Below are positions 19,112-29,336 of a stretch of 64,000 nt of DNA, piece after piece; the first letter of the stretch is position 1; every line of letters starts with the position of its first letter. Location: contig ONLG01000002.1 of the NCBI GenBank assembly GCA_900318625.1, positions 11,734 to 75,733 of the forward strand. Reading direction: 5' to 3'. The notes beneath the pieces are model-generated. The model was not told the DNA's origin, ran no database searches, and saw only the letters and a list, made by a program, of their open reading frames with translations. The DNA is from an uncultured Prevotella sp. (GTDB lineage Bacteria; Bacteroidota; Bacteroidia; Bacteroidales; Bacteroidaceae). The translations under genes and the position numbers were made by a program.

Positions 19112-21442
19112 TCACCTCAACAACTCGTTGGGGAGCTGGCCGAACTCTTCCTTGAAACACTTGGTGAAGTAGCTGGGAGCCGAGAAACCCACCTCGTAAG
19201 CCACTTCACTGATATTCTTTTCGGTGGTGAGCAACATCTCGCGGGCTTTGTTCAAGCGTATCTTGCGCATCAGCTCCACTGGCGATAGGCCGGTCAGTGC
19301 TTTCACCTTACGATAGAGCTGCACGCGAGAGAGCCCAATCTCCAGTCCTATATCCTCTACGCTGATGTCGCTGTTGTGCATATGGCTGTCGATGACGGCG
19401 TAGAGGCGGTCAAGGAACGCATCTTCGCGCGGTGTGGCAACCTCATCAGCGTTTTTGCCGATTTCATCGACATTGTCTATATCCACCTTCTGCTCCGCTG
19501 CGTGGTCGTCTTCCTTCTCGTCGACGGGCGCGATGCTGCTGGCAATCGGTGCCTGCCACGACTTCTTGAGCCTCTCGCGGTTGAGCAGAAGGTTCTCTAC
19601 CCGCGCAATAAGCATATTGTGGTCGAAGGGCTTGGTGATATAGGCATCGGCTCCATGCTGATAACCCTCTATCTGCTGCGCGCTCATGGCACGTGCGGTG
19701 AGCAGTATGACGGGTATGTGGCTCGTCACGAGGTTCCGCTTCACGTGCTGGCAGAACTGCAAGCCGTTCATCACGGGCATCATCACGTCGGAGATAATCA
19801 GGTCAGGCACTATCTCGTTGGCTATGTCGAGGCCCTTCTTGCCGTCCTCAGCCTCGTAGATGACGTACTTGGCCGACAGAATGGAGCGCAGGAAGATGCG
19901 TATGTCGGCATTGTCGTCGACTATGAGTATCTGCGGAGTGGTGTCGGTGGCCTGGAATTGTTCGAGATGTAGCGACTGTTCGATGTCGGACGCGGTATCG
20001 GGGGGGGAGATTGTTCCCGTATCCATCATCTTGAGTATCTCCGAAGAGTCCTTCTTAGCCTCTGCATCGAGCACCTTGCCCACGAGCGAGGTGAGCAGGT
20101 CGGTGTTTCTGGTCATCACGTCGAGCAGCGTTGCCGTGTCTTCGGAGGCTGTGCGCAGCTCGTCGGAGTCGCGCAGCTTGCTCAGCGGGCCGGCGATGAG
20201 CGACAGCGGCGTGCGCAGCTGGTGGGCAACGTTGGTGTAGAGGTCCATCTGCGCATCCTTCAGAGCCTCCATCTGCTGCTTCATCTGGCGCTCGCTCTCG
20301 TAGAGGCGGCGCAGCTCGTCGCTCAGGCGTGCCTTGGTGAGGTAGGCATAGTAGGCATAGACGAAGGCCGCGATGAGCAGCACGGCAATGATGACTATCG
20401 TAATGAGGAACGTCGTCTGCGTGTCGAGCATCTTCAGGGTCTCGATGGTCTTGTTGTGAAGGTTGTTGAGATATTCTCCCTGACGCTGTGCCTCCTCGCC
20501 CTGCATTATCAGCACGTGGGCATTGTCGCGCGTGACGAGGGCCGATTGCAGAAGAGTCTCCTTCTTGTAGGGTTTCTTTTCGAGTATCTGCAATGCCAGC
20601 TCCAACACCTTGTCGCCGTGGGTGGGATAGATATACGACACCTCGAGCAGTCCTTTCTCTACCTGCGCGATGCCCCCGTTGGAACCGGGCAGTCCGTCGA
20701 TGCCGCAATACTGCGGCAGCTTCATGGCCGGGTTGGTCTTCTTCATCTCCTCGAAAGCCCGGCGCGCGCCCATCGCCATGCGGTCGTTCTGTCCGAAGAC
20801 GTAGTCTATTGGCTTTGTGACGGTTTCGGGATGTGCCTTGAGGTAGGCTTTCACGGCCTTGTAGCCGCTCTCCTCGGTCCAGTCGCCTTGCAGATGGGCC
20901 GCCACCTCGATGCCGGGAGCGCGGCTCATGGCCTCGGCAAAGCCCTTGCTGCGGTCTATCGACGGCGAGCTGCCTTCGAGACCTTTAATCTCGATGACGG
21001 TGCCTGTGCCCTTGAGCTGCGTGACTATGTACTCGCCTATCTCGCGTCCCATGAGCTGATTGTCGGCTCCGATGTAGGCAGTGAACTTCTTGGAATTGGT
21101 TTTTCGGTCGAACACTATCACCGGTATGCCCTTGTCGTAGGCCCTGTCGATGGCCGGAGTGATGGTTGCCATCTGGTTTGGCGACACGATGAGCAGGTCG
21201 ATACCGAGCGCAACGAGGCTGTCGATTTGGGCTATCTGCGTGGCATCGTTGTCATTGGCCGAGGTGAATACCAGCTTTATCTCGTCATGGAAGAATGTTC
21301 CGATGCGCAGTTCGTCGTTAAGTTTGTTGCGCCAGATGTCTTCCGAACACTGCGACACACCGATAAGCAGTTTGTCCTTGTCATTATTGCAGCTACACAA
21401 CAGCATTGCGACAAGCAGAGTTAGAATGTAAGTCCGTTTCAT
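19112..21442 (-). CDS. Fructose-sensing hybrid two-component regulator (BT1754-like) lacking HATPase
   Basis: Periplasmic sugar-binding domain, TM, HisKA HQLRTPL, receiver ILIVDDN/SDVMMP, AraC HTH. Confidence 0.88.
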   Translation of the reverse strand: MKRTYILTLLVAMLLCSCNNDKDKLLIGVSQCSEDIWRNKLNDELRIGTFFHDEIKLVFTSANDNDATQIAQIDSLVALGIDLLIVSPNQMATITPAIDRAYDKGIPVIVFDRKTNSKKFTAYIGADNQLMGREIGEYIVTQLKGTGTVIEIKGLEGSSPSIDRSKGFAEAMSRAPGIEVAAHLQGDWTEESGYKAVKAYLKAHPETVTKPIDYVFGQNDRMAMGARRAFEEMKKTNPAMKLPQYCGIDGLPGSNGGIAQVEKGLLEVSYIYPTHGDKVLELALQILEKKPYKKETLLQSALVTRDNAHVLIMQGEEAQRQGEYLNNLHNKTIETLKMLDTQTTFLITIVIIAVLLIAAFVYAYYAYLTKARLSDELRRLYESERQMKQQMEALKDAQMDLYTNVAHQLRTPLSLIAGPLSKLRDSDELRTASEDTATLLDVMTRNTDLLTSLVGKVLDAEAKKDSSEILKMMDTGTISPPDTASDIEQSLHLEQFQATDTTPQILIVDDNADIRIFLRSILSAKYVIYEAEDGKKGLDIANEIVPDLIISDVMMPVMNGLQFCQHVKRNLVTSHIPVILLTARAMSAQQIEGYQHGADAYITKPFDHNMLIARVENLLLNRERLKKSWQAPIASSIAPVDEKEDDHAAEQKVDIDNVDEIGKNADEVATPREDAFLDRLYAVIDSHMHNSDISVEDIGLEIGLSRVQLYRKVKALTGLSPVELMRKIRLNKAREMLLTTEKNISEVAYEVGFSAPSYFTKCFKEEFGQLPNELLR

Positions 21443-21654
21443 CAAGTTAATGTTCGTTTTAGTTGGCCTCACAACATTGGCTCAGGCACGCAGAATGTGT
21501 TTTGAACTACACTTTCCTATAAGATATAGAAACATTCTTTGCAGCTTTTGAACGATTTTTTCAACTCTATAGCGTTTATATGCATTACCTTTGCACTGTG
21601 TGACATTAGGCTTTTTGTTATTTTGTTTTTGTATATAGAATCGTGTAGACGTAT

Positions 21655-21882
21655 ATATATAAATAAGGTGTGGACACGTTGCCCTGCTCTCCCCAGGTCT
21701 GCGACAACCTCAGAACAGACGGAACAACTGCCCACACTTTTCTTGTGGCGGTGCCTCTGGTCCTGTTCTGTTTCGTTCCTGGGTCGCAGTTTGGGTACGA
21801 AATCATTGGCAACTCCCTATAGGATAATCTCCACGATGTAGCGGCAGCGTAGGTCTCACGGACCGGCAGGATGCCGTTAATT
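21655..21882 (-). ncRNA. Candidate structured ncRNA or long leader
   Basis: Consensus promoter TTTG-19-TATTTTTG (21918-21888), several stems, no credible ORF. Confidence 0.55.
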
Positions 21883-21953
21883 AACTGCAAAAATAGGTTT
21901 TTACGGCAAACTGACAAAGAAAAACGTTTGTTTTCTGACTTTTTTCCCACATC

Positions 21954-23060
21954 TCAGGCATCTTCTTGCCTTATTGCCAATGCCACGGTTTTCAGCCGCA
22001 GATAGTTTTCCGACACATAGACGTAGCCTCGGTAACGGCCAGTGGTGCCCCAGGAATTCTTCATCAGGTAGTATTTGCGGCCATGCTGGTCGTGTGCCAT
22101 GCCGACGATAGCCATGCAGTGATCGTCGGTGGTCTTGCCACTGAGCATCGACCGCAGGCGTTCTGCGTCGCTGGCGGCGTGACTGTCGTCCTGAAGGTGT
22201 GCCGTGCCACGCTGCTGCGAGAAGCCTTTCTCGCTCACGTCGCCCTCCCAGCATACGGGATGCCCCTGGCGCAGGGAACGGTCGAGGCGCGCCATGAGCG
22301 AGTCGATGGGCAGGTTGAGGAAGGTGTCGTGGTAGCGGTTGTCAGCAAGTTCGAGCGGAAACGCCTCGCCGAAGGGGTGGTGGGCATAGCTCGTAAGCAT
22401 CTGATACTCGTCGCGGCGGCACACGCTGTGGGCAAACTGGCGCGGAGTGTACTCGCAGCCGAGCATAAAGACATGGAGCGGCTTGGGGCCGATGTGGCTG
22501 TCGAGCAGGCTGTCGGCATCGTGAATCATGCGCAACGGGCTGCCAACGACGCGCGCCTGCTGCGTCAGACGGCGGCAAAGCACATTGTAGTTGCATCCCT
22601 GGCGTGCGTGGTAGGCATCATAGTGGGTCAGCCCGTAGCACTCTATGAGGCGCAGCAGCATGGGCATCGTGCCGCGAGTGGTAAAGCCCCCCTCAGTCCC
22701 CCCAAGGGGGGAAGAAAGGTTTCTCTGCCCGCCCTGTGAGTGGGCATTATGGCTGACGACGATGCTGCGAAGCATCTGCTCGCGCAGGAAGTTGCGTGCC
22801 ACATAGTCGGCAGACAGGTTCACCGAGTCGCCCTGCATAAGGTGTTCGGTCTCAATGGTGGCCAGCATTGCGTAGACCCAGCACAGCGAACTGGCTCCCT
22901 GGTCCTTCACCGGGGTGGTGCGCAGCACTATGTCGTTGGTGAAACGGAGCGTATCGCCACCGCCGGCGGGCTTGCCAGCCTTGTTGCAGCCGCTCAGCAG
23001 GAGGAGCAGGAAGCCTGCCAGCAAGAACTTAATGGGACTTATACAACAATCAGCACTCAT
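21954..23060 (-). CDS. C1-family cysteine peptidase (aminopeptidase C-like), lipoprotein
   Basis: VKDQGASSLCW, DDHCMAIVG, MKNSWG, lipobox LSGC. Confidence 0.88.
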   Translation of the reverse strand: MSADCCISPIKFLLAGFLLLLLSGCNKAGKPAGGGDTLRFTNDIVLRTTPVKDQGASSLCWVYAMLATIETEHLMQGDSVNLSADYVARNFLREQMLRSIVVSHNAHSQGGQRNLSSPLGGTEGGFTTRGTMPMLLRLIECYGLTHYDAYHARQGCNYNVLCRRLTQQARVVGSPLRMIHDADSLLDSHIGPKPLHVFMLGCEYTPRQFAHSVCRRDEYQMLTSYAHHPFGEAFPLELADNRYHDTFLNLPIDSLMARLDRSLRQGHPVCWEGDVSEKGFSQQRGTAHLQDDSHAASDAERLRSMLSGKTTDDHCMAIVGMAHDQHGRKYYLMKNSWGTTGRYRGYVYVSENYLRLKTVALAIRQEDA

Positions 23061-23064
23061 ACCA

Positions 23065-24738
23065 CTAATACCTAAACGTAGACCCTCCGAGGAACTCCCT
23101 GAGCAACGATGTTGGGGGCAGCGCACCGGGTTCGAGCGGCTCGAAATACCTCAGGAACTTCAGCAGGCGGTAGGCTTCGGCATACTCGTCGCAGTTCTCC
23201 GGCACCTTGTCGAGCACCGACTCGGCCTGCGTGCGTATCACTGCCAGCTCGTAGATCATGGCTGAGTTGAACATCACGTCGGCATTTTCCTGATAGGGGA
23301 ATATCCACTTGTTCTCGCCCTCGCGCACCGACGGCCAGCGGCGCAGCGTTTCGCGAGCCGACATTCCCCGATACTTGCAGTCGCGTATGATGCGCCGCAG
23401 CAGTCGGTTGTCGGTCGTGGGGATGTAGTTGTGGTCGTCGAGCATGATGGTTGTCAGCGCAGAGGCATATACCTTGAACAGTTGCTCGGCAGGCAGGCGG
23501 CTCGTGAGCTCGGGGTTCAGGGCGTGGATGCCCTCCACCACCAGCACTTCATTGTCGTGAAGGCGCAGTCGGCGACCGCTCCTGAGGCTCTTGCCCGTAG
23601 TGAAGTCATAGCGCGGCAGCTCCACCTCCTCGCCCCGGAACAGGCTGTTCATCTGCTCGTTGAGCAGCGGAAGGTTCAGGGCATAGAGGCTCTCGAAGTC
23701 GTATTCGCCCCGTTCGTCGACGGGTGACAGCTCGCGGTCAAGGAAATAGTCGTCGAGCGAGATGGGAATGGGCTTGATGCCGCTTGACAGCAGCTGCACC
23801 GAGAGGCGCTTGCAGGTGGTGGTCTTGCCGCTCGACGACGGACCGGCTATCAGAACCATCCTCACCGTCTTGCGTGCTACTATCTGCTCGGCTATCAGTG
23901 CCAGCTTCTTCTCCTGCAAAGCCTCGCTCACGTTGACCACGTCGACGGCGGCTCCGCGCTGCACCAGCTCGTTGAAGTCGCCCACGGTGCTCACGCCCAG
24001 CAGCCGCTGCAGGCGGTGGTGCTCCTGAAACACGTCGAACATCTTGTCCTGAGCCACTGCCTTTCCGAGCTGCGAGGGGTCTTGCCTCGACGGAGTGCGC
24101 AGCAGCAAGCCGCCCCGGAACGGCTCAAGGGCAAACAGCGTGAGCTGCGACGTGTTGGTGAGCATCGTGCCGTAGAAGTAGTCCACGTAGCCGTCTATCT
24201 CGTAATATAAGGTGTAGAGACGGCCAAGGGTCTTCAGCAGCTTCACTTTCGAGGTGCTTCCCATGCGGCTGAACAGGTCGATGGCTTGCTCGGTGGGCAC
24301 CTCGTGGCGGTGGATGGGCAGCGCGGCAGCCACTATCTGCCTCATGCGCTGCTCTATGTCGGCCACCACCGAGGGCGTAACCTCGCAGCCCAAGACCAGC
24401 TCGCAATAGTAGCCATTGCTCACGGGAACGCCTATCACCAGCCTTCCCTCGGGATAGAGGTCGCGCACGGCCATTGCAAGAACGAAGAAAAGGGTGCGCG
24501 TGTAGGCCCTCATGCCGCTTTCAGAGCTGAGCGAGAGATACTCTACAAGCTTGGGATTGTAGACTCGGTAGTGCAGTCCCTCGACCTTGTTGTTCACCTT
24601 TGCGCTCACCGGACCGTAGTCCATCTGCAAATTTAATTGCTGAAAAACATCATAAAGTGTGCTTCCGATGTCGACTTTTATAGTTTTTTCATTATTTTTG
24701 CAACGGATTTCAACCGAATTCTTTTCATTCTTTACCAT
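23065..24738 (-). CDS. Nucleoside (uridine) kinase with ThrRS-like N-terminal domain
   Basis: AGPSSSGKTT, SLDDYF, VEGIHALN. Confidence 0.88.
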   Translation of the reverse strand: MVKNEKNSVEIRCKNNEKTIKVDIGSTLYDVFQQLNLQMDYGPVSAKVNNKVEGLHYRVYNPKLVEYLSLSSESGMRAYTRTLFFVLAMAVRDLYPEGRLVIGVPVSNGYYCELVLGCEVTPSVVADIEQRMRQIVAAALPIHRHEVPTEQAIDLFSRMGSTSKVKLLKTLGRLYTLYYEIDGYVDYFYGTMLTNTSQLTLFALEPFRGGLLLRTPSRQDPSQLGKAVAQDKMFDVFQEHHRLQRLLGVSTVGDFNELVQRGAAVDVVNVSEALQEKKLALIAEQIVARKTVRMVLIAGPSSSGKTTTCKRLSVQLLSSGIKPIPISLDDYFLDRELSPVDERGEYDFESLYALNLPLLNEQMNSLFRGEEVELPRYDFTTGKSLRSGRRLRLHDNEVLVVEGIHALNPELTSRLPAEQLFKVYASALTTIMLDDHNYIPTTDNRLLRRIIRDCKYRGMSARETLRRWPSVREGENKWIFPYQENADVMFNSAMIYELAVIRTQAESVLDKVPENCDEYAEAYRLLKFLRYFEPLEPGALPPTSLLREFLGGSTFRY

Positions 24739-24854
24739 AACAAAGAGAGGTTTTTAGTGAAATATCCTTTTGATTAAATCATCGGTAAAAGTAATAAAAA
24801 TAAAATAACTCTCGCAAAAATTATCGAATATTAACCTTAATACTAACAATCTTT

Positions 24855-26567
24855 ATGTCAGTATGGATTCTATTTAAGCTCATAGGCTCGCTCGCACTTC
24901 TCATGTTTGGTATGAAGTCGATGAGCGAAAGCCTCCAGAAGATGGCCGGTTCGCAGCTCCGCCACGTGCTCCAGGCCATGACCACCAACCGCTTCACGGG
25001 TATGCTGACGGGAATGTTCGTCACCGCAGCCGTGCAGTCGTCGACCGCCACGACCGTGATGACCGTCTCGTTTGTCAACGCCGGCCTGCTCACTCTGGCC
25101 CAGGCCATCTCAGTAATCATGGGAGCAAACATCGGAACGACCCTCACCGCATGGATCATGTCGGCGGGATTCTCGTTCAACATCACCGATTTTGTCTACC
25201 CGGCGTTCTTCATTGCAATCATACTTATCTACAGTAAGAAGAAGCGATACATAGGCGACTTCCTCTTCGGAATATCTTTCATGTTCCTCGGACTGGGCAC
25301 GCTGCGCCAGACGGGCATTGACATGCACCTCGGAGACAATCAGGCCGTGCTCGACTTCTTCAGCTCGTTCGACCCAGACAGCTTCCTCACGACCATCAGC
25401 TTCCTGCTGCTCGGAGGACTGCTCACGCTCTGCGTGCAGTCGTCGGCTGCCGTCATGGCCATCACCATGATACTCTGCTCCAGCGGCGTGCTCCCCATCT
25501 ATCAGGGCATTGCCCTCGTCATGGGCGAGAACATAGGCACCACCGTAACCTCGAACCTCGCTGCCATGACAGCCAACACGCAGGCGCGCCGCGCAGCCTT
25601 CGCCCATATGTTCTTCAACGTCTTCGGAGTGGTGTGGATACTGCTGGTGTTCCGTCCCTTCGTCGACTTGGTATGCACGCTCGTGGGCTATGACAACACC
25701 ATAATGAAAGGCCAGCCGGGCTTCCTCGAGAACGCCGCCAAGCTGTCGTTCGTGCTCGCTGCCTTCCACACCTGCTTCAACGTGGCCAACACCACCATCC
25801 TCATCTGGTTCATTCCGCAGATAGAGAAGCTCGTGTGCCGCATCATCAAGCCCAAGAAAGCCGAGGGCGAGGAGGAGGACTTCCGCCTGCGCTTCATCAC
25901 CACCGGCATCATGAAGACCCCGGAACTCTCCGTGCTGGAGGCACAGAAGGAGATACACCAGTTTGGCGTGCGCATACAGCGGATGTTCGACCTGGTGCGC
26001 GACCTGGTACACGAGAAGGACGAGGCCAAGTTCGTAAAGGCATTCTCGCGCATAGAGAAGTACGAGGGCATCTCCGACAACATGGAGATAGAGATTGCCA
26101 AGTACCTCGACGAGGTCAGCGATGCCCACCTCTCCGACGACACCAAGGCCAAGATACGCGCCATGCTGCGCGAGATAAGCGAGCTGGAGAGCATCGGAGA
26201 CTCGTGCTATAACGTTGCACGCACGCTGAACCGACGCATCAAGGGCAAGGAAGACTTCACCGCAGAGCAGTACGACCAGATGCACCAGATGATGGAACTG
26301 ACAAGCTCGGCGCTCACGCAGATGAACTCAACGCTCGTAGGCTACCGCGAGAACAACGACGTGAACCGCACGTTCAACATCGAGAACGAGATAAACAACT
26401 ACCGCAACCAGCTGAAGTCGCAGAACATCAACAACATCGAGGACGGCAAGTACACCTACGCCATCGGCACGATGTATATGGACATCATCAACGAGTGCGA
26501 GAAGCTGGGCGACTACGTGGTGAACGTTGTCGAGGCACGCATGAGAGTGAAGCAGCGCGAAGCATGA
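24855..26567 (+). CDS. Na/Pi cotransporter with PhoU domains
   Basis: Two QSS...GANIGTT/GENIGTT repeats, ELESIGD and ECEKLGD. Confidence 0.92.
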   Translation: MSVWILFKLIGSLALLMFGMKSMSESLQKMAGSQLRHVLQAMTTNRFTGMLTGMFVTAAVQSSTATTVMTVSFVNAGLLTLAQAISVIMGANIGTTLTAWIMSAGFSFNITDFVYPAFFIAIILIYSKKKRYIGDFLFGISFMFLGLGTLRQTGIDMHLGDNQAVLDFFSSFDPDSFLTTISFLLLGGLLTLCVQSSAAVMAITMILCSSGVLPIYQGIALVMGENIGTTVTSNLAAMTANTQARRAAFAHMFFNVFGVVWILLVFRPFVDLVCTLVGYDNTIMKGQPGFLENAAKLSFVLAAFHTCFNVANTTILIWFIPQIEKLVCRIIKPKKAEGEEEDFRLRFITTGIMKTPELSVLEAQKEIHQFGVRIQRMFDLVRDLVHEKDEAKFVKAFSRIEKYEGISDNMEIEIAKYLDEVSDAHLSDDTKAKIRAMLREISELESIGDSCYNVARTLNRRIKGKEDFTAEQYDQMHQMMELTSSALTQMNSTLVGYRENNDVNRTFNIENEINNYRNQLKSQNINNIEDGKYTYAIGTMYMDIINECEKLGDYVVNVVEARMRVKQREA

Positions 26568-26793
26568 AAAGCCGGTGTCCTTCCTCCATCTTATTCCATC
26601 AGGAACCCATCTTATTCCATTGGGAACCTACATGCCAGCCCTCCACCCCATCCCCTGCCCCTCCCGAAAGGAGGGGTTTTTTCATTCCTTCCGCACCCCA
26701 CGGCTCGCTTTTCCGCACCATCCTATCACACTCTATATCAGCCACTAAGATGCAACAACAGCCTCACCGCGTGTGGAAGTAAACTTTTCTCCA

Positions 26794-26880
26794 ACCAAAA
26801 CAACTTGTTTTGGTCTCCAATTAGGCCGTTTTTGCATTGCAATTTGGTACTAACGAGAGACCAAAACAAGTTGTTTTGGT
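26794..26880. repeat. Exact 24-bp inverted repeats, each near-palindromic
   Basis: accaaaacaacttgttttggtctc ... gagaccaaaacaagttgttttggt, 39-bp spacer. Confidence 0.9.
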
Positions 26881-27062
26881 CGCACAAAGCTTTCCCGCTA
26901 TTTTCAGCAAGGGGCAAAACATTATTCACAAGGGAATATATTGCCTCGAGATTAAGACTTTCGTCTAACTTATCTGCATAGCCAACGTACTTTAATTTGG
27001 CAATCCTGTCAGTATATGAAAGAAATTTAAGTATCTTTGTAGCAAATAAAGAGCACATATAA

Positions 27063-27740
27063 ATGGAGCTATTAGATACAACCAAGCTAATCAAGAGTGC
27101 TGAAACTTTCTGCAAGCAAGAAAGCGGCAAATATAGAAAAGAGTTGTTCGGAGTTACGGACGGCAAGGCTATCGGTACTTTTATTGAGCATTTGTTCAGA
27201 AACTACCTTTCCGAACACTATGAAATGGAAGCCGGAAGCTCAGCTAACGGGCTTGACCTGCCATCTGTCAATACAGACATAAAAGTCACCTCAATCAAGC
27301 AACCGCAGTCAAGCTGTCCGTTCAAGGACAGCAAGCAGAAGATATACGGATTGGGCTACAACCTCATTGTCTTTGTATATAGAAAGTCCGACAGTACAAA
27401 GCTAAAGAAAGGTATGCTGGAATTTGTTTCATGCACCTACATTGACAAAGCAAGGACAGCCGACTACCAAACGACAATGGGCATAAGGCAGATTATCGAG
27501 AACAATGGAAATGCAGACGACATCTTCGCTTTTCTGAATGACCACAGAATTCCTGCCGACGAAGTAACCCTGATGAACATGGCAAAAGACATACTGAAGA
27601 ATCCTCCCCATATAGGTTATCTCACAATTTCAAATGCCTTGCAATGGAGGCTACAGTATGGAAGAGTCGTCACACTAAGTGAGAATGTAGAAGGAATATC
27701 TACTATTGTAAAATATGAAACAGAAACCGACAATGAGTGA
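27063..27740 (+). CDS. Putative type II restriction endonuclease
   Basis: PD-(D/E)xK-like GLDLPSVNTDIKVT, overlaps the methyltransferase gene, AT-rich. Confidence 0.7.
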   Translation: MELLDTTKLIKSAETFCKQESGKYRKELFGVTDGKAIGTFIEHLFRNYLSEHYEMEAGSSANGLDLPSVNTDIKVTSIKQPQSSCPFKDSKQKIYGLGYNLIVFVYRKSDSTKLKKGMLEFVSCTYIDKARTADYQTTMGIRQIIENNGNADDIFAFLNDHRIPADEVTLMNMAKDILKNPPHIGYLTISNALQWRLQYGRVVTLSENVEGISTIVKYETETDNE

Positions 27741-29301
27741 AACAGAGCCAAACAAGAAAAGGGGGGAATATGGTGACTGGCAAACAAATCTGCCACTTGC
27801 CATCTCTGTTTGCGAACAAATCAAAGCAAAAGGCTTGCGCCCACAGGTTATAGTTGAACCAACTTGTGGTCAGGGAAACTTCATCATTGCCGCTTTGCTC
27901 ACATTTGACAGTATAGAAGAAGTCTACGGCATAGAGATTTACAAGCCATACATAGAAATTCTGGAAGATAAGCTCAAGCGATTCGGAAAATCGCTGGATA
28001 AGATAAGCATTAAGCTTTACCATGAGAGTATCTTCGACTTTGATTTCAACCATATAAAAGCCAACATCAAAGGCAGAAATGCCCTGATATTAGGCAATCC
28101 ACCTTGGGTCACTAACAGCAAGCTCAGTGAGATAGGCAGCGATAACCTGCCTGCAAAAACCAACTTCAAGAAGAACAAAGGGCTTGAAGCCATTACCGGC
28201 AAGGCTAATTTTGACATCGCAGAATATATCAGCATCAAGCTAATTGAGCATTTCTCGGCAGAGAATGTTTATTTTGCCATGTTGCTGAAGCACTCTGTCA
28301 TCAAGAATATCATTTACGAACAAAAGGCTGGCAAGTCCTGCTTGTCGGAAATAAACCAGTATAACATTGATGCTCAGAAGGAATTCAATGTGTCTGTTTC
28401 TGCTGCCTTGCTGACTATGCGTTTGTTTGGTGGCAACGACAGATGCTGCTACGTGCATGACTTCTATTCAAAGTCACCGCTTTACTGCTTTGGATGGGTC
28501 AAAGACAAGTTTGTCGCTGATGTGGACAATTATGTCAAGACACAGACGATTGACGGTGTTTCCCCGTTTACATGGAGGTCTGGCTTGAAACACGACTGCG
28601 CTAAGATAATGGAATTGTCAAAAGAGGGATCACACTATGTGAACGGTCTTGGTGAGATTGTTGATGTAGAGGAGGAGGTAATTTATCCACTTATTAAAAG
28701 CTCCGATGTGAAAGGTGACGTCATTACTCAGAACCGAAAATACGTAATTGTGACCCAGCACAACACCAATGAAGACACTACGCAGATGAAAGACAAATAT
28801 CCAAAAGCCTATCAATACCTGATTGCTCATGCTGGGTATATGGACAATCGCAAAAGTACTATTTACAAGAACCGGCCTCGCTTCTGTATGTTCGGAATAG
28901 GGGATTATACTTTCAAAAAATACAAGGTAATCATTTCCGGACTTTACAAGCAGACATCGTTTTCCTTGGCTTCGGAAATCAACGGGAAAACTGTTGTCTG
29001 CGATGATACATGCTATATGCTGGGATTCGACAGCTATGATGTGGCACGCCTCACGTGTGGTATTCTCAACAGCCAACCTGTTCAGGACTTTGTCAACTCA
29101 ATTTGCTTCTACGAAGCCAAGAGAGCTATCAACAAGGATATGCTAATGCGTATAAATCTTCTGCCTGCATTATACAGCTTGGATGCGCCGACAATTGGAA
29201 TTACAAAAGAAGAACTGGACAAAGCCTCAGAATATATCATTCAGCGCTGCAAAGTTGCTACATCGCAACAATTCATCAACTTTGAAGCTGTCCACTCATA
29301 A
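27715..29301 (+). CDS. Amino-(N6-adenine) DNA methyltransferase, gamma-type motif order
   Basis: Motif I VEPTCGQG, motif IV GNPPW. Alternative start 27733. Confidence 0.85.
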   Translation: MKQKPTMSETEPNKKRGEYGDWQTNLPLAISVCEQIKAKGLRPQVIVEPTCGQGNFIIAALLTFDSIEEVYGIEIYKPYIEILEDKLKRFGKSLDKISIKLYHESIFDFDFNHIKANIKGRNALILGNPPWVTNSKLSEIGSDNLPAKTNFKKNKGLEAITGKANFDIAEYISIKLIEHFSAENVYFAMLLKHSVIKNIIYEQKAGKSCLSEINQYNIDAQKEFNVSVSAALLTMRLFGGNDRCCYVHDFYSKSPLYCFGWVKDKFVADVDNYVKTQTIDGVSPFTWRSGLKHDCAKIMELSKEGSHYVNGLGEIVDVEEEVIYPLIKSSDVKGDVITQNRKYVIVTQHNTNEDTTQMKDKYPKAYQYLIAHAGYMDNRKSTIYKNRPRFCMFGIGDYTFKKYKVIISGLYKQTSFSLASEINGKTVVCDDTCYMLGFDSYDVARLTCGILNSQPVQDFVNSICFYEAKRAINKDMLMRINLLPALYSLDAPTIGITKEELDKASEYIIQRCKVATSQQFINFEAVHS

Positions 29302-29336
29302 GGCAGTTGCCGTCAGCAATTATATTAAAATCTGTT

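Noticed and set aside
21539-21950. Three short ORFs in the HTCS upstream region
   Set aside because: They run through promoter boxes and lack protein-like features. RNA structure explains the region better.
26738-27166. 142-aa ORF as an R-M controller protein
   Set aside because: No HTH. Its repeated DQNxLFW simply reflects the palindromic IRs.
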